A stretch of DNA of 63,690 bases, the filler included, from Lenisia limosa (taxonomy: Eukaryota > Protista > Breviatea), in the NCBI GenBank assembly GCA_001655205.1. It is 10 parts of 10 records of this genome, joined end to end, with 100 filler letters (N's around TTAATTAATTAA, not from the genome) between each part and the next. Parts side by side here need not be neighbours in the genome. Positions count along the whole stretch, not along the records: positions 41,143 to 59,040 come from LPNZ01008633.1; positions 59,141 to 61,311 come from LPNZ01005034.1; positions 61,412 to 63,690 come from LPNZ01006341.1; 7 more parts are not named here. The stretch is one strand, 5' to 3'. Both the position numbers and the translations under genes were made by a program. This document shows positions 50,064-61,431 of the stretch, one piece after another. The notes under the pieces were generated by a model. It saw nothing but the letters and a program-made list of their open reading frames with translations, ran no database searches and had not been told where the DNA came from. Every line of letters begins with the position of its first letter. The stretch's first letter is position 1.

Positions 50064-53000
50064 ATGGGTAAAGACAAGACAGAAAAGAAGGACAAGAAGG
50101 AGAGAAAGGAGAAAAAAGAAAAGAAGGAGAAAATCCCGAAGGTGAAGAAGGATAAGGAGGGCAAAAAGGATAAAAAGAAGGACAAATCGTCATCTAAGAA
50201 GGACAAGAAGTCAAAGGAAGATGTTACCTCTCTCCCCTCAGTTACAGACATCATTGCTGACAAGGATTCTAACTCATTGAAGATTTCTGACTATCCTATT
50301 TCTGCAGAAACTGTCACTGCCTTAGCTGATCGTGGCATCACAAGCCTGTTCCCAATTCAGGTCAGCTGGTTGTTTCCCGTTGTGCTCTCTCCCTCTGCAC
50401 GTCCTCTATTTATGACAGATAATGTCCTAAATCTCATTTTATTGCGATATTATTCTGACTTTCCAAATGTAGGCCGCCACCTTCACCGCCTGCTTCCATG
50501 GCAACGATGTTGTTGCACGCGCTATGACTGGCTCAGGCAAAACCCTCGCCTTTGCTCTTCCTGTCATTGAGAAGCTTCTTAAGAGTATGATGGGGAAAAA
50601 AAATGTTTTAATTGATAAGATTGACTTGCTCTTGGGATTGGGAAAGAGGGCGTATGAGGCTGACCTGAACTCAGGAGGCTCCCTATTTTCAAAACAATTC
50701 TTTGATCTAGTCTCCTTTCAAAACCTCGCCCTTTAAGTTGTTCGCCTTCTTTTCATCGATGTTTGTTTGCCCCACTCCTTATTACCTAGTGGACATCCCC
50801 CATGGCCGCCGCGCTCCTAGTGTCCTTATCCTTGCCCCCACTCGTGAATTGGCCAAGCAGGTTTGCTTTCTGTTTGATTTTCACTGGGGTTTTCACATGC
50901 CCCTGCACTATGGGGACCGGAGCCATTATCTCACTGACTAGGTTGCTCAAGATTTTGTGCTTACCGCACCCTCTCTTGAGACCCTCACTGTCTATGGTGG
51001 AACTTCAATCTACGATCAAATGCATGCTCTCTCAAAGGTTTGTCTTGTCATCTAGTACCTTTACTGACCTCTTAGGGTGCTGTTGACATTTGTGTTGGTA
51101 CCCCGGGACGTGTTATTGACCTCATCAACCGTGGTTCTCTCAATGTATGTGGGGGCTGCCTCTTTTAGAAGTAGTATGGTTGTGCTTCTCACTCCGTAGT
51201 TGAGCAACATCGCCCACTTTATCCTCGATGAGGCTGATCAGATGCTTGATATGGGTTTCCAAGAAGACATGACTGAGGTGGGTGTTTGGATGTTTAAAGA
51301 ATGCGATGTTATGGAGGGGCTCTTCTAAACACTGTTAGATCTTCGAGAAGCTTGAGAAGGCTCGTGAAGCTGTCGGCAACACCACCCGTGTCCAGACTCT
51401 TCTGTTCTCAGCCACCATCAGACCCTGGGTTAAGGTTCGCTGCATTCCTTGTGCCATTCTGTCATTCTGTGCTATGGGATGATTATATTTTTATTGCTCC
51501 CCTCACCCCATTAGGAAGTTGTGAAGAACCGCTTTGCGCCGGACCATGTCAGCATCGATCTTGTTCAGGACGCTGGCGCTCAGGATGCCAGTACCGACGT
51601 ACGCCATCTCGCCCTCAAGTGCAACTGGGACCAACGTATGGACCTCGTCAGCGACCTTATCACTGTGTAAGCAGAGGGGAATTACAGATTGAAAAATAAT
51701 ATCAGTGGATATCGAAAGTCTTTTTTTTTTTTCAAGTAAAACTAATTGTACATCCGACACTGATGGTCCAGGTATTGTCGTCCCGGTGGCCGCGTTATCG
51801 TCTTTACCGACACCAAAAAGCTTGCCCAGGAGCTTGCTGTTGATATGAAGATCGACTGTCAGGTATGTTGGTCATTATTTTGTGAATAGATATAATACTA
51901 GTAATATCATCTTGGAACACAAAAATAGATACAAAGAGACTTCCGCCTGCTTTACCCAACTAGCCCCTCCATGGAGACATTGCCCAAGCCCAACGTGAAG
52001 TCACTCTCAACGGGTTCCGTAACGGCCGTTTCCGCTGCCTTGTCGCCACCGATGTCGCTGCTCGCGGTCTTGATATCAATGANNNNNNNNNNNNNNNNNN
52101 NNNNNNNNNNNNNNNNNNNNNNTGTCGTCAACGTGGGGGGGGGGGGGCACGCGTATGGTTCCAATGCGTTGTTTTACCCTCCGTTCAGCTTCCTCCTACT
52201 ACCCTTAACACCGCAGATGCAACCCCCCGAAACCCGCAGTGGCTATCCCGATACTGAGGCCTATATTCACAGGTACGCAGAGGGCTTTTCTTGAAATTTC
52301 ATATGGAAATTCCCCATTTTCTTTTTCCTTGCGAGCACAACCTTGACGTATTAGATCCGGACGTACGGGTCGTGCCGGAAAGACTGGTGCCTGCATCACG
52401 TTCTACAGCCAGAAAAATATGGAGGTATGTTGCAAATCGGATCAACTGTCATGATGTCACGGCCCTTTCACAATGCAGGTTATGGGAGCCCTGGAGCGCG
52501 GCATGAACACTAAGTTCGACCTTGTCAGCCCCCCTCAGCCCGAAGATGTAAGCAATCCTCCCCTGCCACACCCCATCTTACACTGTAGCTCATGAAGGCC
52601 ATTGCCGAAAACACTCGTCTCAAGCTTGCTCAACCCGACCCTAAGGTTCTTCAGTTCTTCAAGGCTACCGCTAAGGACATCATTGAGAAGGAAGGTGAGC
52701 TGTCCTTAATCTACTAGTTTATACCATTATTTTATTATTTTTGGTGCCCCCCCCCCCCCNNNNNNNNNNNNNNNNNNNNNNNNNNNNNNNNNNNNNNNNN
52801 NNNNNNNNNNNNNNNNNNNNNNNNNNNNNNNNNNNNNNNNNNNNNNNNNNNNNNNNNNNNNNNNNNNNTGTCTGGATACCTTAAGCCCATTGTCGGACGT
52901 TCTCTTCTCTCTTCATCAAAGGGTGTGCGGGAATCGAGCATGCATAGAAAGGCTTTTCTTGGTTCTCAGTGTTTCACATTATCTCAAGCAAAACTGACTC

Positions 53001-53606
53001 CACAGACTTCATTACCATGGTCTACCAGCGCCCCAACGGACAAACCATCAGCAGCCCAGGATACGTGTTTGGTGCCCTTCGCGACCTTATCACCCAAGAC
53101 TGCAACAACTCTATCAGGTTTGCTCATCATTATCAGAATTTGAAGGAAATCCTTATATATTGATGTCACATTTCAGGGGAATGAGAATGCTCCTCGATTA
53201 TACTGGATGTGCTTTCGATGTTCACAGCGACTACAAGGAAGAAATGGACAGAGTATGTTTAATAGCTACCTTCAAATCAAATAATTTCCTTATCCACTAT
53301 TATTTATCTGATCTTTTAGATTATTGAGGAGAACCTCCTTATTGGTTTGACTATTGCCGAAAAACTTCCCGAACTCAAACCCGCCGAAGGCCCCCAGGTA
53401 AGCCTTGAACGTCACCTTCATCTCATTGGCTGCCTCCCCCTCACACCCAGGTCCAAAGCAGAGGTCGTGGTGGCTATGGCCGCGGGCGTGGCGGATATGG
53501 CGGACGCGGCGGCGGAGGGGGTCGTGGTGGTGGATCCTGGGGTAGAGGTGGTGGTGGAAGAGGTGGAGGAGGAAGAGGAGGAGGAGGATATGGTCGCGGA
53601 CGTTAG
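50064..53606 (+). CDS. DDX21: DEAD-box RNA helicase, DDX21/DDX50 (nucleolar RNA helicase 2) type
   Basis: Lys-rich N-terminus, SLFPIQ (Q motif), [83 protein letters not shown], a GUCT-like region and an RGG-rich tail ending TAG at 53606. Confidence 0.92.
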
Positions 53607-53899
53607 ATGTGCCTTCTTTCTCTTTGTGTTTTTTTATGGTTTTCTCTTGTAGGTATTTTGATTGGTCAATAGACATTTGCATTTCTGTTTCAACTTCGGC
53701 TCCATAGCAATTGATGTTGAAAACTAAAGGGTCATGATATTCTTGAGCAGTCAATATATATTTTGGTGTTGCCTTGATATCCTGTAAATTATTTACTAAA
53801 AAAAAATGCATTTTGAAAGCGCCTCAGTTATAAGAGACTGAAACAGTTACCTCTAACAACATCACAATGTATGCACTTCAAAAGGCAAGCAAAGAGGGG

Positions 53900-54530
53900 C
53901 AACCTTTTGGCTTGGCAGAAGCAGTGGTGTTTCTCGGTCAGGAAGGTTCATTACGATTTGTCTCCCTAACGTCACATTTCACACACACACTACTTACGCT
54001 CCACCAGCCGCCCCTAGCTGCTTATTGTCATCCACCTCCAACGAGAGGACTGAATTGGTTAGCAGTTATAAATGGGGGGGAAAAAAAATATATCTTAGTT
54101 TGATGTTTCAAGTTAACTATCAAAAATATTCACATTTCTAAAGTATTCAGGAATGAGGAAGATGATAATTGAAAAAAGAAGGGTGAAAGGTACAGAGACA
54201 ATAGACTGAAATATAGAGGATACCCTCCGAATAAAAAAAAAAGTGTGCTTCTGTGTTTGGTATATAACCATTCTTTTTAAAAAATGTAATCAATAAACAA
54301 CCAAACCTACCATGATTCAGCCTCATCAGCCTCTTCAACATCCTTGTCAAGGTTGTGAGCATCAAAGAGCTTATTTTGTGCAGGCTCTTTGTCCTCGGTT
54401 TTCTTCCCTGTGAAAGGGCACTGGTACTCCTCGTCCTTCTCAGAGCCCAAGCATTTTGAAATTAGAAGCACAACGGCTAAGTGGTGAGAGGACACAAAAA
54501 ACTGAAACAAGTTTCTCCACTCACTCACCT
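53900..54530 (-). CDS. Small uncharacterised protein, structure uncertain
   Basis: Coding-like exon VVLLISKCLGSEKDEEYQCPFTGKKTEDKEPAQNKLFDAHNLDKDVEEADEAES (~54312-54478) bounded by AG/GT. Start and last exon are ambiguous. Confidence 0.35.
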
Positions 54531-54821
54531 CCTATCATTAGTCACGCCATCTTTTATGATTATTTCTCGTTTTTTGCGCTGAGAAAAAGTTGGATTTTGT
54601 CAAATTAATTGTTCCTTAAATGGGATATAACTCTTAGGTCCTATACAGTATAAACGTGGTTGTTTCGTTTTTTCCTCCCAATCCACATAAACAGATTAGC
54701 AGCGAAGAAAAAAATTGATAATTGCCACTCCTGACTTCATACTTTAATTCACAAAAAAATACTCCAATAGATTTCGCTGAGATTGTATTTGTAAGACTTT
54801 TAACAAATATATATTTGTGAA

Positions 54822-56562
54822 ATGTCAGGGTCTAAGGATGATGCGATGAGCTATGCTGTTCTTTCCAAGGTACAGCTGTTTGTTTTTTCAATCTTCTTGT
54901 TCTGCTTAAGCTGAAATAGCTGTTTTATTGTAAATTAGGACAATACAAGATTGCTTATTGCTTCCAATTTATTCCCCAAATACCATCGGAACACTCTGAC
55001 ATCTCGTAGAACCCTGCAGCTATCCTTGAAGCAGAGGCGTCCCTTGAAGAAGGACTGGTTGCTTGGTCCAACCACAGCTCTGGGGTAGGCTAAAATCCCA
55101 ACATGAACAGCATACAACCTCATCCCTAATGCGTCGTGTTTTTTCCAGGCTAACTATTCAAGGAGCGTGCTGGAGCTAATAAAGTATCCGCAGCTCTTGA
55201 AAGTATTTCAAAGCATTCAGATCCCCAAGCTGGTTTGTGGACTTTTTTGTTTCATAATGTTTTCAGCCCCCTATGTGAAGGCCATATCTGACGCCTTTGA
55301 TGCTCTCAGCCAACTTAACAAAGAAAGAGTATGATGAGGGTGATTTGCTTTCAGGCAGAAATTTATTCTTGGGTATGTTATTTTGCCACATTTTGCTTCT
55401 ACAGCCATCATGAATTAGGGACAAGTCTGTAAGCAACACATTGTTGCTCCCCTCAAGAACCACTCAGAAAAGCACTCAACTGCAATCAAAGTGAGTTTTC
55501 TCGCCTCTGGTTCAAGTAACTAATGTTTCAGGAACAAGGATTGAAGTATTCCAAGGCAAGAGATGGATATCTCAAAACTGTGAGTTTCTTATTATCAAAC
55601 AACTCATTATTTAGTCCGACAAACTCTCGAAAAAGGTTATGAAGGCAGGAAAGAATATCAACAAAGCCAAGGAGGTGGGTGAAAGGAATCGCTTGTTATT
55701 AGGTATTAGTACAATTGAGTATACACAAAACATACTCATTACTTCTTATTTTTCTAAATTGAAAACGTGTATTCCCTGCTATTGACGTTATTTAATAAAG
55801 ACTCTTGGACAAGTTACTCAAGTCAAGAAGAAGTGGGACCAAGATGTAGGAGGAGTATTTCTGTTGACGAATAGAAATATTTATAGCTAGTTGAGAGTTG
55901 TTGTTCTCACCTTCAGGTTGCCCGTACAGAAGCAATGCTTGCTAATATTGCAGTGACTCATGAGCGTATTGTTTACGAGGTTTGTTGCAGAGGGAAAAGG
56001 GTGGGGGTCATTGGTGACACTGATTGCATTCCATTCCGTGGTTTGGTCCCTTTTATTCTTCAAGGGCTTCGGAGTGTTACTTGAGAATGAGTTGGACTAT
56101 CATCGTCAAGCTATTCGTCAGCTCGAGCATATTCGTGATGGATGGCGCTACATCAAGGGTCTTGGTTTGTCGCTGAGACTATTGCTGACTCTTTAGCACC
56201 CCATCTCAAACCCCGTGTCCGTGAGGGAGTTGTTTTAGACGATATTCACACAACCACTGGAAGCGGTGCTGGAAACCATGTTGACGTGTACCAGGTTGGT
56301 CATACTTTTATCTGCTTTTCGCATCTTGCCATTCTAATAATGTTGCAAAACTTGTTTCCATATTTATTCAAACCCTTTGACAATTTTCGGGGTTTTGCCA
56401 GTCACTATCCAGGGTGAACAAGAATATGGAGAATACGAGTACGGAGAGTATGATGAATATGGAGAATACGCCGAAGGTGACTACGCTGAGGGCGAATATG
56501 CTGAAGGCGGTGAGTACTATGAGGGCGGTGACCAGTATTACGATGAGGGTTATGACCAATAG
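54822..56562 (+). CDS. BAR/F-BAR-like helical protein with acidic Tyr/Glu/Gly tail
   Basis: About 11 short exons give an all-helical sequence (PYVKAISDAFDALSQLNKER, KQHIVAPLKNHSEKH, YSKARDGYLKTSDKL, LENELDYHRQAIRQLEHI, resembling BAR helices). The last exon is GEQEYGEYEYGEYDEY...YYDEGYDQ-TAG. Confidence 0.55.
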
Positions 56563-56644
56563 ATGTTTTATTTAGGGTAGACTTTTTATTTAATGAATGT
56601 TTCTCTTGGGGTCTACTGTGGTGCTACAACAAAAATGCAATTAT

Positions 56645-58158
56645 TTAATCTTCATCTTCACTTTCACTATCGGAATTGAGCTCCGCATTGGCCTTCTTCA
56701 CAGCAGCCTCCTGACGCTCAGCATCAACATAAATGTGTTTTCCTAGGAGCGAACAATTAGATACTTTCAAGAGAGATAGGCCCCTATCAGATATGAATGC
56801 CATAAGGCAAATTGTTCGAACAAGTTACTGAAAACAAAATAAACAAAACAAATGGAGGCAATTTAATAAATTATATCATATTTATAATTTTTTGAATAGA
56901 CTTGATGAATACAGAGAGCCAGCCAGCAAACCATCAGTTTCCTTTCCAACGATTGACATCTCCAAAATGTAGTTGGGATCTTTCACATCATCATGGCAGT
57001 GCACGATGCTGCAAAGTGAAAACAGGAATTGGGAACAGGAAGAATACCAGTTTGAATGCAATAAGAGTGGATTAGAATAGTAAAAAGGAAGGAAGTCAAT
57101 CGCCCTTTTGACCATACAAAAAAAAAAAAAAAAAAANNNNNNNNNNNNNNNNNNNNNNNNNNNNNNNNNNNNNNNNNNNNNNNNNNNNNNNNNNNNNNNN
57201 NNNNNNNNNNNNNNNAGCAAGGAAGTCAATTCCCTCCTGTACGGTCATTTTTGTTTTCTTCAGCACGTCCATCATTGTGTTTGCCTCGTTCTCCGCCTTA
57301 CCCAAGGCAAAGAACGGTTCTGACTAAAGAGGGTCAAATCCCTTATCCCAAAATTGTGAACAAACATACCTGAACAGAGGCATCGGGCAGTAATCTGAAC
57401 AGCGACGCCCCATCCTAAAATGTGAAAAGAAACCCCTTTACAAAGACCGCAAGAAACACTTCACCATAACACCATGAACAAACCTTCTCTGTCCACGCGG
57501 CGAGAAGAGTGGAACATCCATACGGTCTCATTCCATTGTAGGAGCACACTGCGTTGTACTCATCACCAATACGGTCAGCAAGAACCTGGGAAGTTATATT
57601 GGAAGTAATAAGAGACTAGCTGCAAGTTTTTCTTACCTTTCCTTTGATTTCGACGCCATACTGTTTTTTCCAGTTTGCAGCCTCTTCACGTCCGAACTGG
57701 ACAATAGAGCGACCATCGGCATGGAGACCAGCGACAGCCATTCCTGGGTTGTTATAAGTCTTTATTCCATAGAAATGGTTTCTTTTTTTGAACACTCATC
57801 ATACCAGCATGTTTGGCAAGGTGGAACAGTTTGCGCTGAGAGTTGACCTCTGAATGATAAGTTTATCTCAAAAACTGGAACTGTACCTAAGAGTTTGCTT
57901 TTAATAATCTTCTCAACGGCAAGAATCGCTCCATCAGTGCATGTCATTCCAATAACAGTTCTAAAAGTGATGAGAAGGGAACAGGAAGAGCATTGTGAAC
58001 GAAAACACACTCACCCTGATTGCTCTGCTGCCTTCCCTGCATATTCCATTTGAAAAATACGGCCATCAGGAGAGTAAATATTTGGAGACAAGTCGTACTG
58101 AAGGCATAAATGACAATGTTCAAAAAGGTGAACCCACTCCTGTTCCTAAAGATGCCAT
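56645..58158 (-). CDS. PSMA3: 20S proteasome subunit alpha-7 (alpha type 3)
   Basis: MASLGTG|YDLSPNIYSPDGRIFQMEYAGKAAEQSG|TVIGMTCTDGAILAVEKIIKSKLL...GMAVAGLHADGR...RPYGCSTLLAAW...ending in the acidic SDSESEDED-TAA. Confidence 0.93.
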
Positions 58159-58486
58159 TTTCCTTCAAACAAGTGTTATATAAATAGAAATAGGAGAGAT
58201 TTGATGCAAAAATGAATGTTTTTTTTTATTCATTTTCTTGATATAACTCCAAGATCCAAATGATCAACAATTAGTGTGGACATCTAAGCATTTTTTCTCA
58301 CCACCACACCACCTAGGCACCACCTCTTCAGCCTACGACTTACCCCTCTGTACATGAAGAAATGGATGAATGACATAAACGACCAAAAGTTGCACAGATA
58401 TAAAGAAAAACATACAAATATATTCGGAAGAAACTGACCCATCAATAAAACTAGAAACACAGCAAATAACCAGCGAGAAGTAACCA

Positions 58487-58992
58487 TTAGACCTAAACCA
58501 TTAATACAATTGGGAAGAGCTTTGGCAAACCTTCATAGCATCGTTAATAAAAGAGAAGTCTCCTTGAGGCTTGGCCTGAGGAACACTACCAATGTGTTGC
58601 TGCGGGATGTAGGGCTGGGGAACTGAGGAAATAGGTTGCATTGTCAAGCCACCAAGAGGCTGGGAACTTGAAATGGGAGGTGTCTACAGGCAATAAGTCG
58701 AAATTTAGGCATTATGATTGGAAAAGAAACAAGAAAATTACCAAAACAAAAACGCATACCATAAGGCTGGCAAGGTCATTGGATGGAGCACCGCTTGTAG
58801 CAGGGGTGGCATGGGAGAAGAGAAGGTCAACTTCAGTCTCTACAGTTGTCAAAAGGTGTTGCAGCAAGAAAGGTACAGCATCCACTCACGTGGCTGGGGC
58901 TGGCGAGAGTTATGGACGAGGGCGGCGTCACAACGAGACCTTGACCTGACCCGCGGCCTCCCGGCACCGACCAACAGCGGCTGCGGCGCCGA
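58487..58992 (-). CDS. C-terminal low-complexity fragment of an unknown protein (adaptor/ArfGAP-tail-like)
   Basis: Exons TEVDLLFSHATPATSGAPSNDLASLM and TPPISSSQPLGGLTMQP...QGDFSFINDAMK, then V-TAA. The 5' part is off the scaffold. Confidence 0.4.
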
Positions 58993-59040
58993 CTGCAAAT
59001 AATTAAAATCGACAAAAGCTCTGAAACCAGACTATGGGCA

Positions 59041-59140
59041 NNNNNNNNNNNNNNNNNNNNNNNNNNNNNNNNNNNNNNNNNNNNTTAATTAATTAANNNN
59101 NNNNNNNNNNNNNNNNNNNNNNNNNNNNNNNNNNNNNNNN
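59041..59140. other. Artificial scaffold linker
   Basis: Same 100-bp linker. Confidence 0.95.
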
Positions 59141-59215
59141 AAGAGATATTGGATTATAGTATAGTATTAAAGAAATTTTGTGAAAAAGGCAGTCATAAAT
59201 CCAAAAGCCCCCCAC

Positions 59216-59315
59216 GTGATGTATTTTAGATGCGGCATTTTTGACCAGTATTCGTAGAGGTACTCAAGGTAGTTTAAAAAGGCCTTCTCTTCGAACAACC
59301 CACTCCCGCTGAGAT
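59216..59315 (-). CDS. Exon of a Mediator subunit MED31/SOH1-like protein
   Basis: The AG/GT-bounded exon reads LSGSGLFEEKAFLNYLEYLYEYWSKMPHLKYI, matching MED31 LAQxGYFxDxAFxNYLxYLxYWxxPxYxKYL. Other exons were not securely located. Confidence 0.55.
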
Positions 59316-59956
59316 CTGGGCGGGGGGGGGGGGGGGNNNNNNNNNNNNNNNNNNNNNNNNNNNNNNNNNNNNNNNNNNNNNNNNNNNNNNNNNNNNNNNN
59401 NNNNNNNNNNNNNNNNNNNNNNNNNNNNNNNNNNNNNNNNNNNNNNNNNNNNNNNNNNNNNNNNNNNNNNNNNNNNNNNNNNNNNNNNNNNNNNNNNNNC
59501 GGGTAAAAATGAAATGAAATAAAACCAAAAAAAATCTAGATTGGAGGAATTACCCCTCCCACCAACAACAAACATAAATGTAACCCCAAGAATTGAAGAA
59601 AATAAAACGCAACACCACCTATTTCGCGACTGTATGGTTTCTGGACATTCTCGAGGACAAGGAGTCATTTATGATCTCATTCGGCCTACCCCCCACCCCC
59701 CATGTTAGAAATTAATACAAGAAAGCACCCCATAAATTGGACACACAACACCATCAAACATTCAACACTCCGTATAATCGCACCCCTACCAAGAAAAAAA
59801 AAAGGACTAGCAACCCCCCTTCTCCGCATTACATTCATCATTTTCTCTCTAAGAGACTATCTTATATTCTAGACATTGCATACGTGTTTAGGTACATTAT
59901 TTCCACCACTATTATAGCACCACCCAGCATTGAAGATAATCGAACTAGCATCTCTA

Positions 59957-60022
59957 GGGCTTCACTTCGAAAAAAGAAAACTATCGATATTTTACTAGTA
60001 TTTTTCAAACCGAGGTGAAGCA
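59957..60022. mobile_element. MITE family A, internally deleted
   Basis: TA-GGGCTTCACTTCGAAAAAAG...TTTTTCAAACCGAGGTGAAGC. Confidence 0.65.
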
Positions 60023-60311
60023 CTGCAACCCCCCCCCCCAACATTGNNNNNNNNNNNNNNNNNNNNNNNNNNNNNNNNNNNNNNNNNNNNNNNNNNNNNN
60101 NNNNNNNNNNNNNNNNNNNNNNNNNNNNNNNNNNNNNNNNNNNNNNNNNNNNNNNNNNNNNNNNNNNNNNNNNNNNNNNNNNNNNNNNNNNNNNNNNNNN
60201 NNNNNNNNNNNNNNNNNNNNNNNNNNNNNNNNNNNNNNNNNNNNNNNNNNNNNNNNNNNNNNNNNNNNNNNNNNNNNNNNNNNNNNNNNNNNNNNNNNNN
60301 NNNNNNNNCTA

Positions 60312-60384
60312 GGGCTTCCCTACGGTCCCAAAAAAAGACTGAATATCTCGATAAATCCTCATGTTTCGGACTGTAGGGAAGCCT
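60312..60384. mobile_element. MITE family B, internally deleted (73 bp)
   Basis: TA-GGGCTTCCCTACGGTCCCAAAAAAAGACTGAAT...TTCGGACTGTAGGGAAGCCT-TA. Confidence 0.75.
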
Positions 60385-60692
60385 TAAAGATAACACAACA
60401 ATTCAAAGAGTATAACATATCATTGCTTGCAAAATGATAATTCATCTTCTGATTCGATCAATAAATGAATTATTAGATATGAAGTGGGAGAATGTCATTT
60501 GAACTCCATATCACACCCTTTAATGCCGCCTTGCTTTGATGTCAAATTGTTTTAATTGCACGAAGTACCTATTCAATCGAATCTTGCATACCTGGGCAGC
60601 TAACGAGTTAACGTCCTTCAATAACTCAGGTCCAAAACAATATGGGACTATTAATACAGGACAACGACAGAAGGATGTTCAGCGATTCAGTG

Positions 60693-60747
60693 GAGAAAGC
60701 CTTCAGTCGATCTGAGCAACAGAGAAAGCCTCCAGTCGATCTGAGCA
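60693..60747. repeat. 29-bp tandem duplication
   Basis: GAGAAAGCCT(T/C)CAGTCGATCTGAGCA at 60693 and 60722. Confidence 0.75.
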
Positions 60748-61195
60748 GACGTTCAAGTGCCGTTTGGAAGAGAGGAATGTGTTTCTACTTTAGTGGAAGC
60801 GCAACGGAGTGGCAGGGAAGATGAAATGGGAGCTGGTTGGAGTCTTTCTTTGTTCCTCTTCTTTTTAGTTTACGCAACCAAGCAAGAAAACAAACAAGCG
60901 CAGAAGGGGGAGAGGGTTGAAAGGTATTTTGTTGGTATGCAATTTTGAGACAGGGAAGAGATCGAAGATCACCCCCTTGTCTTTTCATTTTGTTTTGGCG
61001 GTCTGGTCAGTTGAAGCAGTTGAAACACGGTAAATAGAATACATTCAAGAAAACCAGATCCGCAACAACTAATACTGTCTTTGTCGTTTGTCCACATGAG
61101 CCTAAATCGTGAGGTGTCTATTTTCAAAATTTGAAGTTTATTTCATCAAATTTGTCAATTAATTTCTTCTAATCCACACCAAACACCCATGATTT

Positions 61196-61288
61196 GGGCT
61201 TTCCCTCCGGCCCAAAAAAGACTGAATTTCCCTTTAAATTCCCAATTAATATCGATATTTTGACGGTCTTATCGGCCCGTAGGGATAC
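61196..61288. mobile_element. MITE family B, diverged copy
   Basis: GGGCTTTCCCTCCGGCCCAAAAAAGACTGAATTT...TCGGCCCGTAGGGATAC. Confidence 0.6.
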
Positions 61289-61311
61289 TAACATGTGCCT
61301 AAATCATGTCA

Positions 61312-61411
61312 NNNNNNNNNNNNNNNNNNNNNNNNNNNNNNNNNNNNNNNNNNNNTTAATTAATTAANNNNNNNNNNNNNNNNNNNNNNNNNNNNNNNNN
61401 NNNNNNNNNNN
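61312..61411. other. Artificial scaffold linker
   Basis: Same 100-bp linker. Confidence 0.95.
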
Positions 61412-61431
61412 TTTTACCCCCCCCCCCCCAG

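Noticed and set aside
47281-58158. Non-canonical or U12-type introns
   Set aside because: All junctions I could read in fimbrin, DDX21, PSMA3 and TDH are GT-AG without the U12 GTATCCTT/ATATCCTT donor. Junctions inside gaps were not assessable.
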